This document shows positions 27,664-38,593 of a stretch of DNA of 64,000 nt, one piece after another. Every line of letters begins with the position of its first letter. Within the stretch, counting starts at the first letter, position 1. Origin of the DNA: Camelus dromedarius (Eukaryota); the NCBI RefSeq assembly GCF_036321535.1, contig NC_087437.1, positions 8,494,001-8,558,000 on the forward strand, given 5' to 3'. The notes under the pieces are model-generated. The model did not search any database. It saw only the letters and a list, made by a program, of their open reading frames with translations, and was not told where the DNA came from. Made by a program: the position numbers and the translations under genes.

Positions 27664-27669
27664 AAGTGC

Positions 27670-28000
27670 ACATTCACTTAAGACACATTTATTGAGTGTG
27701 TGAGATTTTACTACGTGCTGGATGCTGTAGATCTAAGTATAAACACTGTAATCCTTCCTCTTAGAGAGCTAATAGTCTTGTGGGAAAGAGACACATCAGC
27801 ATTAGCTTAACCACAAAATGCAAAAAATGCTCCAAAAGTGAATTTAGTAGACACTTAATGAGCATAGAATAAGGAACATGTGATTCTGCTGGGGTGGGTG
27901 GTTTGGAAGAGGGCTTCATGAAGAAGCAGTCTTTGCATGTTTGACTTGCAAGACCAAGAAGTTATCCAGGTAGAGGATGGGAGCCCTAGGTCACATCCCT
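27670..28000 (-). mobile_element. L2 fragment
   Basis: cattcac...catttattgagtg...gtgctggatgctg...ggcttcatgaagaag. Confidence 0.6.
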
Positions 28001-28964
28001 TGCAGAAGGAGAAAAGTAAGCAGAGTCACCACGGTTGAAGGAGAGAAAAGGACTTTGGGAAACAGCAAACAGCTCAGTTTGGCAGAAGCCAAAATCCCGA
28101 AGGACTGTTTCCAGCTAGAAAGCATGCACTATATGGAGGTATTTGAGCTTTTCAAGTGGTGTAGTGGGGAACAGAGGGAAGGGGCGTGAGACTAGGAGCT
28201 GTTTTATCTTGCTCGTGCGGATGCTCTTTGGATTTCTCTCCACACCCATCTTCCGGCTCTTCTCGAGCGTGGCTATCATCTTCTCTGTTAGCTTGGAAAG
28301 TTCTTTTTGGGGAAAGCAGAGGCAGAAAAAAAAAAATCTCCATCCAGGTGAAATCACTATTATTTCACTTCAAGCTGCCATCATATATTTTTTTAGAGGG
28401 TGTTGGAAGGTTTGCTTTTTTCTGCTCTTTGTTGCAAGGAAAAGGCAAGGATCATCTCCCACTTGCCTCAGTAAGGACCTACCCACGGTAGATAATCCTA
28501 ACAGTTGTCCATGATTATTGTAAGACAGAAGGAGACTATATGCTGGAAGTGTTAGATCAAGTGGCAAGACCGCTTATATCCATCGCCTGTTTTCTTAGTA
28601 TCTGTCAGACCTTTATGACACTTGAAATTAATTTGTCTTCACGTGGTAGGAGGAATTAAGCAAATCGAATGAAAGGAATAGCCTTTCCTTTGCTGTGGAA
28701 ACTACTCTGACTCTATTTAATTAAAATATATTATTAATTAGTAGATAACAGTAATGGAGATTAACACAGCTGGCCCATTTACTTTCCCTCCATCAGAAAT
28801 GAGGTTTTTAAACTTCTTACTGTGGCATTTATCTTTGTTCAGCTTCAAATCCTTCTTGTCCCTCTTTGAAATCTTGAGGAATAGCATTGCCATCCCATGT
28901 CAGAGCTCAGAAATATTCTTCCAAATCCCTGATCAACTGGGTTCTCCAAAGGGTAACAGTAACT

Positions 28965-29180
28965 AGCATTTGCATAGAACATTCAGCATGGAAAGTGCCT
29001 CTGACATAGATAATCTCATTTTACCTTCAAACATCTCACAGGGTAGATGCTTCCCTGACCATCTCATAAGTTGGAAAGGGAGGTTTCACAAAGTTAACCA
29101 TCTCCCTCAAGATCTCGCACTAAGTAGGTGGCAGAGTTCAAAATGCTGACTTTGAAGTCTGTGCTTTTTAAGTCCTCCTG
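28965..29180 (-). mobile_element. MIR SINE
   Basis: tagcatttgcatagaac...atctcatttt...caagatctcgcactaagtaggtggcagagttc...tgactttgaagtctgtgct. Confidence 0.65.
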
Positions 29181-29778
29181 GAGTGATTCTTCTTTTGCTG
29201 AAGCATGGCATAGATGTAACCAACAGCGTCAGGAGCAATGGCTCCTTGCCGTCAGAGCCAGTCCAGGGGAAAGGATGAGTTTCTCAGATGAAGCAATGTT
29301 GCCCACCTGCGCTCCCCCAGGCAGAAGGTTCACTGCAGGGATGTTACCCCTTTCTGGCTGCAGTGAGCTTCTGCAGGCCGGGCACAGCCCACATCAGAGA
29401 GCACACAGCCTCTAAACCAAGGTCAGCATTCAGACTCACTCACGTGAGTATATTTCTCTCTCCTTTTGGAGGCGGGGCTCGGTCTCTCTACCAGCAAAGT
29501 CTTGGGTCCCCTTGGGCATCTCTTTACTTATATGACTTCCACAGACTTGTCCTATCAAGTCAACTGTTGCAATTAATTCAAGTAACGTTTTTGGGCAGCT
29601 GTGATGTGTTAAAAACTCTGAAAATGCCCCAGCTGAAGAGTTATAGAGAAGAGTAGGCTTATAGTAGACTCTTGGCATTCAGAACACCTCCATCTTAGCT
29701 CCATTCTTGGACCTGGGCTCTCCTGGACGACGCTGGTCTATTGTAGTTTACACTCCCATGTAGCAGTGTTGGTGATGA

Positions 29779-29796
29779 CCCCCCCCCCCCCCCCCC
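29779..29796. repeat. C18 homopolymer
   Basis: 18 consecutive C. Confidence 0.95.
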
Positions 29797-30769
29797 GGGA
29801 AAGATGTGGTGCAGGTTTGGTGCTGATAGCTGCCATCAAAGGGAAGCTTTTCAGATGGCTTTTGGGGCAAATGTCTGTAAGAGTCTTAGAAATTGTCTTC
29901 AAAGTCTCATGAGCATCCTTTGGCTTTGGGGAAGGAGGACCAGGTGGGAAAGGGATGCAAATGAAAATGATCTCTTTTCTTCTGTTTTCCCTCTTTGGTC
30001 CATCCATCCTGGTTTGGTAGCTCAGTGATTCCCAAGTGCTCCTTTACCGACCAATGTTGATTTGTGATCATGTTACCCAAGTCTTGGCAAAATAAGGAAA
30101 ACGTGTTTATAAATTTTCTTTTAAGAAATTATGGTAGTGATCAATGACAGTTTGAAAGGGAAATAATTGCTTGGCAAGATAGTTTGGCAATCTTTTGTAG
30201 ATTCATGACAACTTTGGGGGCCCTTTTCCTGGCCCATTAAATACAACTGTCTGGACTCTCTTGCTCAAGCTTGCTAGTGTTTAGACTCACTGATTTGGAC
30301 AATTATCTGTGCCCTAGAGTACAGGGCCTAGACAGATGCTAATGACCATTTTCCAGCATTGCAGACTGGAGTTACTTTCAGACAGCATAATTATTGTCAG
30401 GATGCTGTAAATGGCAGGGCAGCTCCAGGTGGTGTCATTTACTTAATGGTCTGTTTTAGTTTATGTTGTGCAGTGCCCAACTTTCCCAACCTTATGGGGC
30501 AGTCGTGACATTGTCTGGGGCACTGTGACCATAGTGTGACTTCCATTTTCCCCACGGTTAGCCACTTCTGTGTGTTTCCTCTTTGTACTCTATTGATGTC
30601 TTCTAGGGCCACGTTATTCCTATGACTCACTTTGAATCCAGTGTTTGTTCTGAATTCTAAAGTTTTTGGGTTCTAAAGTTGATGAGGCTTTGTGACCAAG
30701 AAGAGGAGATTTGGAATTCAGTGTTGGATGTGATAATCACACTATTTATTTTTGAAGTGTATAAAGGCG

Positions 30770-30890
30770 GCAGAAAGAAGAGTGAAAAGAACTTGGTTTG
30801 AGGGTTGCTAACTGTGTGATCTGGGCAAGGAACTTAACTTCTTTAGAGTTCTAATTGACTCAGATGCAGAATGGAGATAATAATGTGCAT
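30770..30890 (+). mobile_element. MIR core
   Basis: ctaactgtgtgatctgggcaaggaacttaacttc...tgcagaatggagataataat. Confidence 0.7.
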
Positions 30891-30939
30891 TTTGTAATTA
30901 GTTTTTTTTCTTGGTAAAGATGAAATGAAATTGAAGCTT

Positions 30940-31445
30940 TGTTACTTGATACATTAAGGATCATTGTGTCTTTTTGGTAGATGGACTCATCATTATGTAT
31001 CGTTCCTCTCTGTATCTGGCAATTTTCTTTTCTCTGAAGTCGATTTTATCTGATATTAGTACAGCCACAGCTTTCTTTGGTTGGTGATTTCATAGTATAT
31101 TTTTTTCTATCTCTTTGCTTTTAATCTACTTAACTAGTATATTTGAAATGGGTTTCTTGTACACAGCATATATGTGGGTCATTAAAAAAATCTATTCTGA
31201 TGATTTATTTTAATGGGTGTATTTAAATCATTTATAGTTAATGTGACTTTTTATTATGTTAGGATTTAAGTCTGTCACTTTATTTGTTTTTTTTGTTTCC
31301 CTCTGTCCCTTTTGCTGTCTTGCCTGCGGGTTACTTGAATAGTTTTTAGTATTACATTTTGCCTTATTTGTCATGTTTTTAGTATATATTTTTGTATAAT
31401 TTTTGAAAATAGTTTTCTTAGTGGCTTCTCTGGAGATCACTTTAT
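30940..31445 (-). mobile_element. Old L1M fragment (ORF2 start / inter-ORF)
   Basis: tctgaagtcgattttatctgatattagtacagccacagctttctttgg...gggtttcttgtacacagcatat. Confidence 0.75.
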
Positions 31446-31959
31446 ATTCCCCTTCAAAGGCATACTAACTTACGTGCCTGGAGTTCAAGTCAGCGGCTAC
31501 CCCAAAGTCTCCCTTATATTCTCTTGCCTTCCTTTTTGGTTCTGGGGAGAGAAGATACACAATTCAGTGATACTCACAAATCTTCTCCTCAAGTAAATGT
31601 GTAGCTTTTATACTTAAGTGTGTATTTTAAATTACAACAATAATGTTTTGTTAAAAAATTGGAATTTCTTACTACTTTGTTGAACATGCTTTGTTTTTGC
31701 TATTTATCTACACATGACATTATATAAAAATTCTTCCTATTGTTTGGTAGGATTTTTAGTTAATTCTTTTTCAGTGTTCAACAGCCTGAGTACTGGTGGG
31801 TTTATTGACCAAATTTTAGAAACCATGACAACTCAGGAAAAAGAGCTTATTTCCCCCAAACACAGCCTATTCAGAGTCAGAAGTAACCTCTCATGAATTG
31901 CCGTTATTTCTTTTCTTTTAAAAATATTACTGCTACCTACTTATGTCTTCCTCAACAAA

Positions 31960-32810
31960 ATAGTTGTTTTGCCTTACTTTGAACTTTATGTAAATGGAAA
32001 CATACATTTATATTCTTTTGTATCTTGCTGTTTTTGTGTAATATGATGGTTGTGAAATTCATTCATGTGATTTTAAGTGGCTATTAATCGACAGGAAAAA
32101 TATATGTAATCCAATAAAAAATTGGAAAAAGACTTGAACAGAGATTTCATAAAGTAGGAAATTCAAATGACCAAAATCATATTAAAATGTGCACAAGCTC
32201 ATTAGTGATCAGGAACATGCATATTAAAGCCACTTGGATAAATTTGAGAGTTTGAGATCTGCAAATGTTAGCCATTATATATAAAAATAGATAAAAACAA
32301 ATTTCTTCTGTACACCACAGGGAACTATATTCAATATCTTGCAATGACCTTTAATGAAAAAGAATATGAAAATGAATATATGTATATATATGCATGACTA
32401 GGACATTGTGCTGTACACCAGATTGACACATTGTAACTGACAATACTTCAGTTAAAAAGAAACAGTCACTTGACAATACCACCTGCCAGATTGGGGAAAA
32501 AAAAAACTAAAAGTGTGACAACACTATGTGTTAGTGAGAATGAGGAACAGTCAGAATTTTCATACACTGCAGGTGAAAGCAAAATTTAGTACAACTATTT
32601 TGGAAAACCCTCTGGCACAATGCTGGACGATATACCAGCAAGTCCTCTCTTATCTGTGTATTATAAAAACACAATGGCACATATTCTTGTGAAGAATATT
32701 TATAGTGACGTTACTCACAGTTGCCTCAGGCTGAAAGCAAGTGATCAATCGATTGTAGTGGATTCATAAAACGGCATACTACACTCAGTAACAAAAAGGA
32801 GCATAGTGAC
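31960..32810. mobile_element. Old L1M with an internal inversion (minus segment about 31960-32088, plus segment about 32089-32810)
   Basis: Plus segment: aaaagacttgaacagagatttc...ctcattagtgatcagg...gcatactacactcagtaacaaaaagg. The reverse complement of the minus segment continues with cacatgaatgaatttcacaacc...ttccatttacataaagttcaaa. Confidence 0.7.
32237..32461 (+). mobile_element. Lineage-specific L1 3' end nested in an older L1
   Basis: 3'UTR shared with the 19.3 kb copy; imperfect TSD aaagccacttg (32226-32236) / acagtcacttg (32462-32472). Confidence 0.9.
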
Positions 32811-34082
32811 ATTCCCTTTGCGTTTCAGTGAGTCACCTTTGTTTCCTTTTTGTCCATTTCATCAGTTTGGGGCTACAACTGGTGACATTTTGGGAGTTCC
32901 CTTGAACTAACATAGTCTATAGGAATGTTTCATTTTATATGATGCAAACCCAACAGTTCACCCTATTTATGCTCACTTCTTACTCAAATAAAATCTAAAT
33001 GGTGTGTAGCTTTTTTTTTTTAACCCCCAAGCTCAAAGAACCAGGCAAAGTGGAAAAGTGTAGTGATCGCAACAGGTTAGCCTGATGCGATCCTGCCCGT
33101 CACATGCTGTGACCCCTAGCTTTTGAAAAAGGTCATTGGAAATTCCAGTAAACAGAACGCAGCTGTGATCAAGGCAGCTGGAAGAATCGGACTAGAAGGG
33201 AAAATACAATTTGATGTTTGTTTCGGAATTATATTGAGACTCTGTACCTGGGAACATTTGAAAATAAATTGCTTTTTTGAAAATTGGTGATAGGGCATAA
33301 AAACTGATGAATGGATTTTGCAGTCTTCGAATCTTTTTATTTACTCATTTTTTAACCGTGAAGGATGAAAGAGGGATGGGGAAAAGGTAAGAACTCCGTC
33401 CCTAGCCCCTCGAACTCCTGGCGGAGCACTAAGCATGGTGCAGCTGGTGTGGACCTAGGAACCTCCGTTCACAGCCTGTGGAAAGTAACCTGGCAGTAAC
33501 CCACAGCTTCTTTAGCATCTGTCTACAACCCCTCCACCAGCAGTGGATGCTTTCAGGGATGGCTTGATGGAACCAGGCGCTGCAGGTCGGCCCAAGCCCT
33601 GACCCGGTGCCCACTCCAGTCAGCTCTGACTGTCGGCAGTGGGGTAGTGATAGCAGCCGTGTGCTCACCTGCCTTGGATAGAGTTTCCTCAGTTTTCCAG
33701 GCATAAGTGCCAGACTTAAATGGCAGCCTACCAGGATCATAGGTACATTGGAGATTTTCAATTATATTTCCAAGGGAGAATTTGGCTTTCAAGCCCAAGC
33801 TTCCTTTTGGCCTCCAGGTATAAAAAGTACTGCACTGCAGAGTAAATGTGCCATACTGTCTTCTGGAGGGGAGGCAACCCAGCCTATTAAATGAAGATTC
33901 ATAGAGATGTCTGCTAGAAGACACCCGGAAGGCTCTCCGCTTGGCCCGGTTTCCTCTGCTTTGGTTGATCCAAGATCCACCCCCCAGCCTGCAGGACTGA
34001 GGCATCTGTGGCTAATCTGGCTTCACTTTGTACTCTTTTTAGGATGGAGAGTGTAACCTCAACTTACTGACTCTGGTCCTGA

Positions 34083-35185
34083 TGTAACTGAGAGGGACCC
34101 TCTGGGGCCTTCCCAGGACAGACCCCTCCCCCATCTCCTCTGCTGCAGCTCCTCTCTAAAGGACCCAAATAACAGTATCTCATGCACATTTCCTGAGTTG
34201 TTTTACAGATGCCAAAACCACCACCAAATGGAAGAAATTAACTACATGATGACCATGAGCCCATAGCCCCTAGACCTATTGATGCCCAAGGGTTGATAAT
34301 GTTAACCTGTCACACTGCCTTGTTACCTCACCATCAACCAACAGAGAATTGTGCATGAGCTGACCACATGCACTGTGACCCCTCCTCCCTCACCTGGCCT
34401 TTAAAAATGCTTTCCTAAATCTACTTCAGGATGACACCTGCACCCCAATGTTCATAGCAGCACTATTTACAATAGCCAAAACATGGAAACAGCCTAAATG
34501 TCCATCAACAGGTGACTGGATAAAGAAGATGTGGTATATTTATACAATGGAATACTACTCAGCCATAAAAACCGACAACATAATGCCATTTGCAGCTACA
34601 TGGATGCTCCTGGAGAATGTCATTCTAAGTGAAGTAAGCCAGAAAGAGAAAGAAAAATACCATATGAGATCGCTCATATGTGGAATCTAAAAAACAAAAA
34701 CAAAAACAAACAAACAAAAACAAAGCGTAAATACAGGACAGAAATAGACTCACAGACAGAGAATACAGACTTGTGGTTACCAGGGGGTGGAGGGTGGGAA
34801 GGGAGAGCCTGGGATTTCAAAATTATAGAATAGATAAACAAGATTACACTGTATAGCACAGGGAAATATACACAAAATGTTATGATAACTCACAGAGAAA
34901 AAAATGTGACAATGAGTGTGTATATGTCCATGAATGACTGAAAAATTGTGCTGTACACTGGAATTTGACACAACATTGTAAAATGATTATAAATCAACAA
35001 AAAATGTTAAAAAAAAATGCTTTCCTAAAATCCATCAGGGAGTTCTGGTGTTTTGAGCACTAGGTGCCCTGGACTCCTGGCTGGGCATCCAGCAACGAAT
35101 GCTGCACTTTCTTAACCACAACCTGGTGTCAGTACACTGGCTTCACTCTGCATGGGCGAGTGGACCCAAACTCGACTGGGTAACC
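34083..35185 (+). mobile_element. ERV1-type solo LTR interrupted by L1
   Basis: Starts TGTAAC and ends GGTAACC (decayed CA); flanked by 4-bp direct repeat ctga (34079-34082, 35186-35189); LTR-like body with cctttaaaaa TATA-like motif; about 490 bp once the L1 is removed. Confidence 0.75.
34420..35012 (+). mobile_element. Young 5'-truncated L1
   Basis: Uninterrupted ORF2 C-terminal 80 aa (34448..34690) to the stop; perfect 17-bp TSD aaaaatgctttcctaaa at 34403-34419 and 35013-35029. Confidence 0.95.
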
Positions 35186-36356
35186 CTGATACCTGTGGAT
35201 AGGCCTCCTGGCATCTGGACCAAGGTTACGTAGATCCTGAACGTTTGGCCAATATTGCATTTGCAGCCACAGGGCCCTGGTCAGCTACTGGATATTCAGT
35301 CTTCCCATTTGTAAAATGAAGGAATTAGACTAAAAGGCTCTTACTTCTAGACTGATTAACTTCCACCTGAGCTCGTCTTTGCCCTTGGCCCTTGGCCCTT
35401 GCCAAGACAGGTTCTTGCATTCAGGCTGGAATCCACTCATGCGGCAAAATACCCCAAAGAGCGAAATACCCTAATATTCTGCCCAGTCCTGGCTAAACAC
35501 CATCATTTTACGAGGATCCAGCAAGCCTTGCACTAGTTTATCCTGAATATTGACAAAGACAGCTAACATGGACAACTGCTTAAAATGTTATTTTATAATA
35601 TTTTTAAGGTCAGGAGTTCTTAACTTGAGGCCCATAGACTCCAGAAATGTGTGTGTTTGTGTGTGATGCATTCTTATTTTCTTTATGAAAAGAGGGTCCA
35701 ATGCTTTTATTAGTTTCCTTGCTCAAAGACTTGAGAATGTCTGATTTGTGGTGTGAGTTTCTTGCAGATAAGAAAAGCATACATTTAGTCAATGCATTGA
35801 GCATACGGATATGTATGTTGAGCAAACATCTTCCTTTTTCCAAAACTTTAATATCTGACATCACAAGGAAAACCCTCCGTGACTGCATTTCTTTCCCATC
35901 AATGTTGACTTTTTATCTCCACTTCTTTTCCTTTCTCTTCCTTCCTCACATCTTTCTTCCTCTCCCTCTTTTTTTTTTTTTTATCTTCTTTCTCCTGCTT
36001 CCTCCTCTTCCTTCTCTCTCTCCTTTCCCTCCAGTTTTCTTCTTTGTTTATCAACACATAGTTTTAGGGCCAAAACAACACCTTCTTTACCATTGTATTT
36101 CAGCCTTCATGAGAGTTCCTGGCGTACAGTACTTAGTCACAAAAGATTTACTGAATGAACACATAAATGAAGCATCCAGAAAGGATACTGTTCTGATTCT
36201 TTCAATTGTGAGGTGGTCAGGTTGGATCTCAGAAAGCGTGGAAAGTGTTCTTTCAGAGGAGCTCTGAGTCATCAGTGGATCAGAAAAGTTAGATTTGATA
36301 AAAGTACTGCATCTCCCCCAAGTCTGGCCAAGTTCCCTGGGTTTTGAGATGTTGGT

Positions 36357-36848
36357 TGTAGTGGCCAGTTTCAAAGACGGCCTTTAAAGACCACTGCTTG
36401 GCAGTCATACTGTTTTGTAGCCTCCTCACTGTGCCACGGTTGGTCTGTGTGACCAACAGCATGTGTCAGGCTTCCAAGGTAAAGTTATAAAAAAGAAAGC
36501 CTCTGTCTTGAGATCTCTCTCTGTCTCTGTCTGTCTCTGTCTCTGTCTCTGTCTGTCTTCTAGCTTTTTCTTTTGGGTCACACTTACTATGGGGAAAACT
36601 GTGCCCTAAGCTCTATAGAGAGACCCACGTGTTGAGGGACTGAAGCATCCTCTTAACAGCCATGTGAATGAGGATGCTGCCCCAGTGGACACTTGGATTA
36701 CAACTTCATGAGAGACATCCTGAGCCAGAACCACCCAATTAAGCCGTTCCTAGATGGCTGACCTCCAGAAACTGTGAAACTGTAAAGTGCGGTGTTCTCA
36801 GCTGGTGAATCTGGAGTAGCTGTCACATAGCAACAGGTGACTAACACA
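36357..36848 (+). mobile_element. MaLR LTR (MLT1 family) with internal (TCTGTC)n repeat at about 36514-36557
   Basis: TG start; cttcatgagagac..ctgagccagaaccaccca...cagaaactgtga; ends catagcaacaggtgactaacaca. Confidence 0.85.
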
Positions 36849-38498
36849 GTCACTGAGTGACACCTCCGGTGGGGTTAGAGTTAATGGGCTGGCGTTGGCT
36901 AATGAAGAGCATTTACCTTTTTGCTTTATAGATTAGTACCCAGGGTGGGGCAGAAACAGATCTGACAGCTAGGTTCTGACCTCAAAGAAATGCCTCTCCT
37001 CTTTGGAATTCCTGTTTATTATATGTTTGTGACTAAATCAACATTATAGCACTAAATAGTTTTTCTGTATAAAACTGAGCAAGTTCTGTAACTCCTAATG
37101 GTGCCAGAGCCAAACTGTTCCTAAAGAGAACATTTCTTTTCTGTTATTTAACCACAGATACAGCAACATATCCACTAACAGGGAATCTGTTCCATCTATA
37201 AATGAACACATGAAGCTCCTCAGAGGCAGGGCTGGCTTGTGCAGGCGGATAGCTCCTATTCCGTACAGTAACTGATGTACACGCGATTTTGCAATTATAT
37301 GTTGAAAAAAAAGAGCATCTTCTTGAATAGGTATTGTATCCATTGATACTGACTCTGAATCTTAAGGTGGGTTAATGTGCTTTGAGATCTTCTGCTGGAG
37401 AGTCTCGTGAATTTTACTGATATTTTTGACAGGCAGAGTCATCACGTTTAGAACAAGGGGTGAAGAATAGAAGAGGGGAAAAAAGAGGGAAATTGGAACT
37501 GGGCCCTAAGCCCTTTTGTGAGTTTGATTCTTTACTCCATTTATATCTATGTCTTTATCTGTATTTATATCTATACAAATAGTGTGTATCTATACATGGA
37601 CATCTAGTCTACCCTTAGTCCCACCTACTGTTAATATCATTATTATAATTGTGGGAGATTTCCTCTAATCTCTCCTAGGCAATCTTTGTCAAATGGATGT
37701 CTGTTAATCTGCTGCATTTAGGAAACTTCACCAGAGGGAAGCACCCATCTACTACTTACAGATAAACAAATCAAAATGAACATAACTAGCAAGATCTTTT
37801 TTTCCTTTTAACTTGAAAAGCCTTATCGATAAATGATACTGTTGTTCTGGACTGTGTGCTGTGTAAATGTGTGTTCTGTCAGCCATACATTAGCCTCTCA
37901 CAAGGGCGAGGGAAATTGAAACTGTCTTTCTAATGGATCATAAATCTTGGAAAGGATTTGAATTCATGGATTAAATGTCAGCTTTGAAAGCATTTGCTGA
38001 TTTATCTTGGATCTTAAAAGAAAGAACATTTCTATGACAAATCAAATTAGTGCATTTTCATATTCTGTGTTGTAGTTTTCGAGAATAATATCCTTCAAAG
38101 AAATAATATAGCATGCAGATAAGTTTTTCCTACCTGGAGATTATTATTATTGTTATTAATTATTATTATTATTGTTATTATTAAGCCTCTCTCTGCCAAC
38201 TAGAAAACTGTTGGAGAGGAAGGTTAGTGTAGAGGTTATGATTAAACATAGTGGATTGTACCTCAGAGATACCAAAATGAGTTAGTAAGTGGCTAACTCA
38301 ACTGCACCTGTGTGATTGGGACAAATTCTTCATCTTTGTGTCTCTAAATCAAATGTTTTGGGTCTCCCCTCTCTCATCTCTTTTTAAAACTTTTCCCAGC
38401 TATTGTTTTCCCTTGAAATAGTGATTTGGTTTTTTAAACATATATTTTATCACAATTTTAGAAATTAATCAAATACTGTGTTGGATGAAACAATTTGT

Positions 38499-38593
38499 TT
38501 GTTTGCTTTTTAATTGAAGTACAGTCAGTTTCAACGTGTCAGTGTCTGGTGTAGAGCGCAATGTCCCAGTCGTGCAGATACATACCTACTTTC
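38499..38593 (-). mobile_element. Very short L1 3' end (about 95 bp)
   Basis: aattgaagtacagtcag...aatgtcccagtcgtgca; TSD atgaaacaatttgt (38485-38498) / atgaaacagcttgt (38594-38607), 12/14 match. Confidence 0.85.

Noticed and set aside
35701..36267. 188-aa hydrophobic ORF
   Set aside because: Driven by a CT-rich low-complexity tract and an L2 end.
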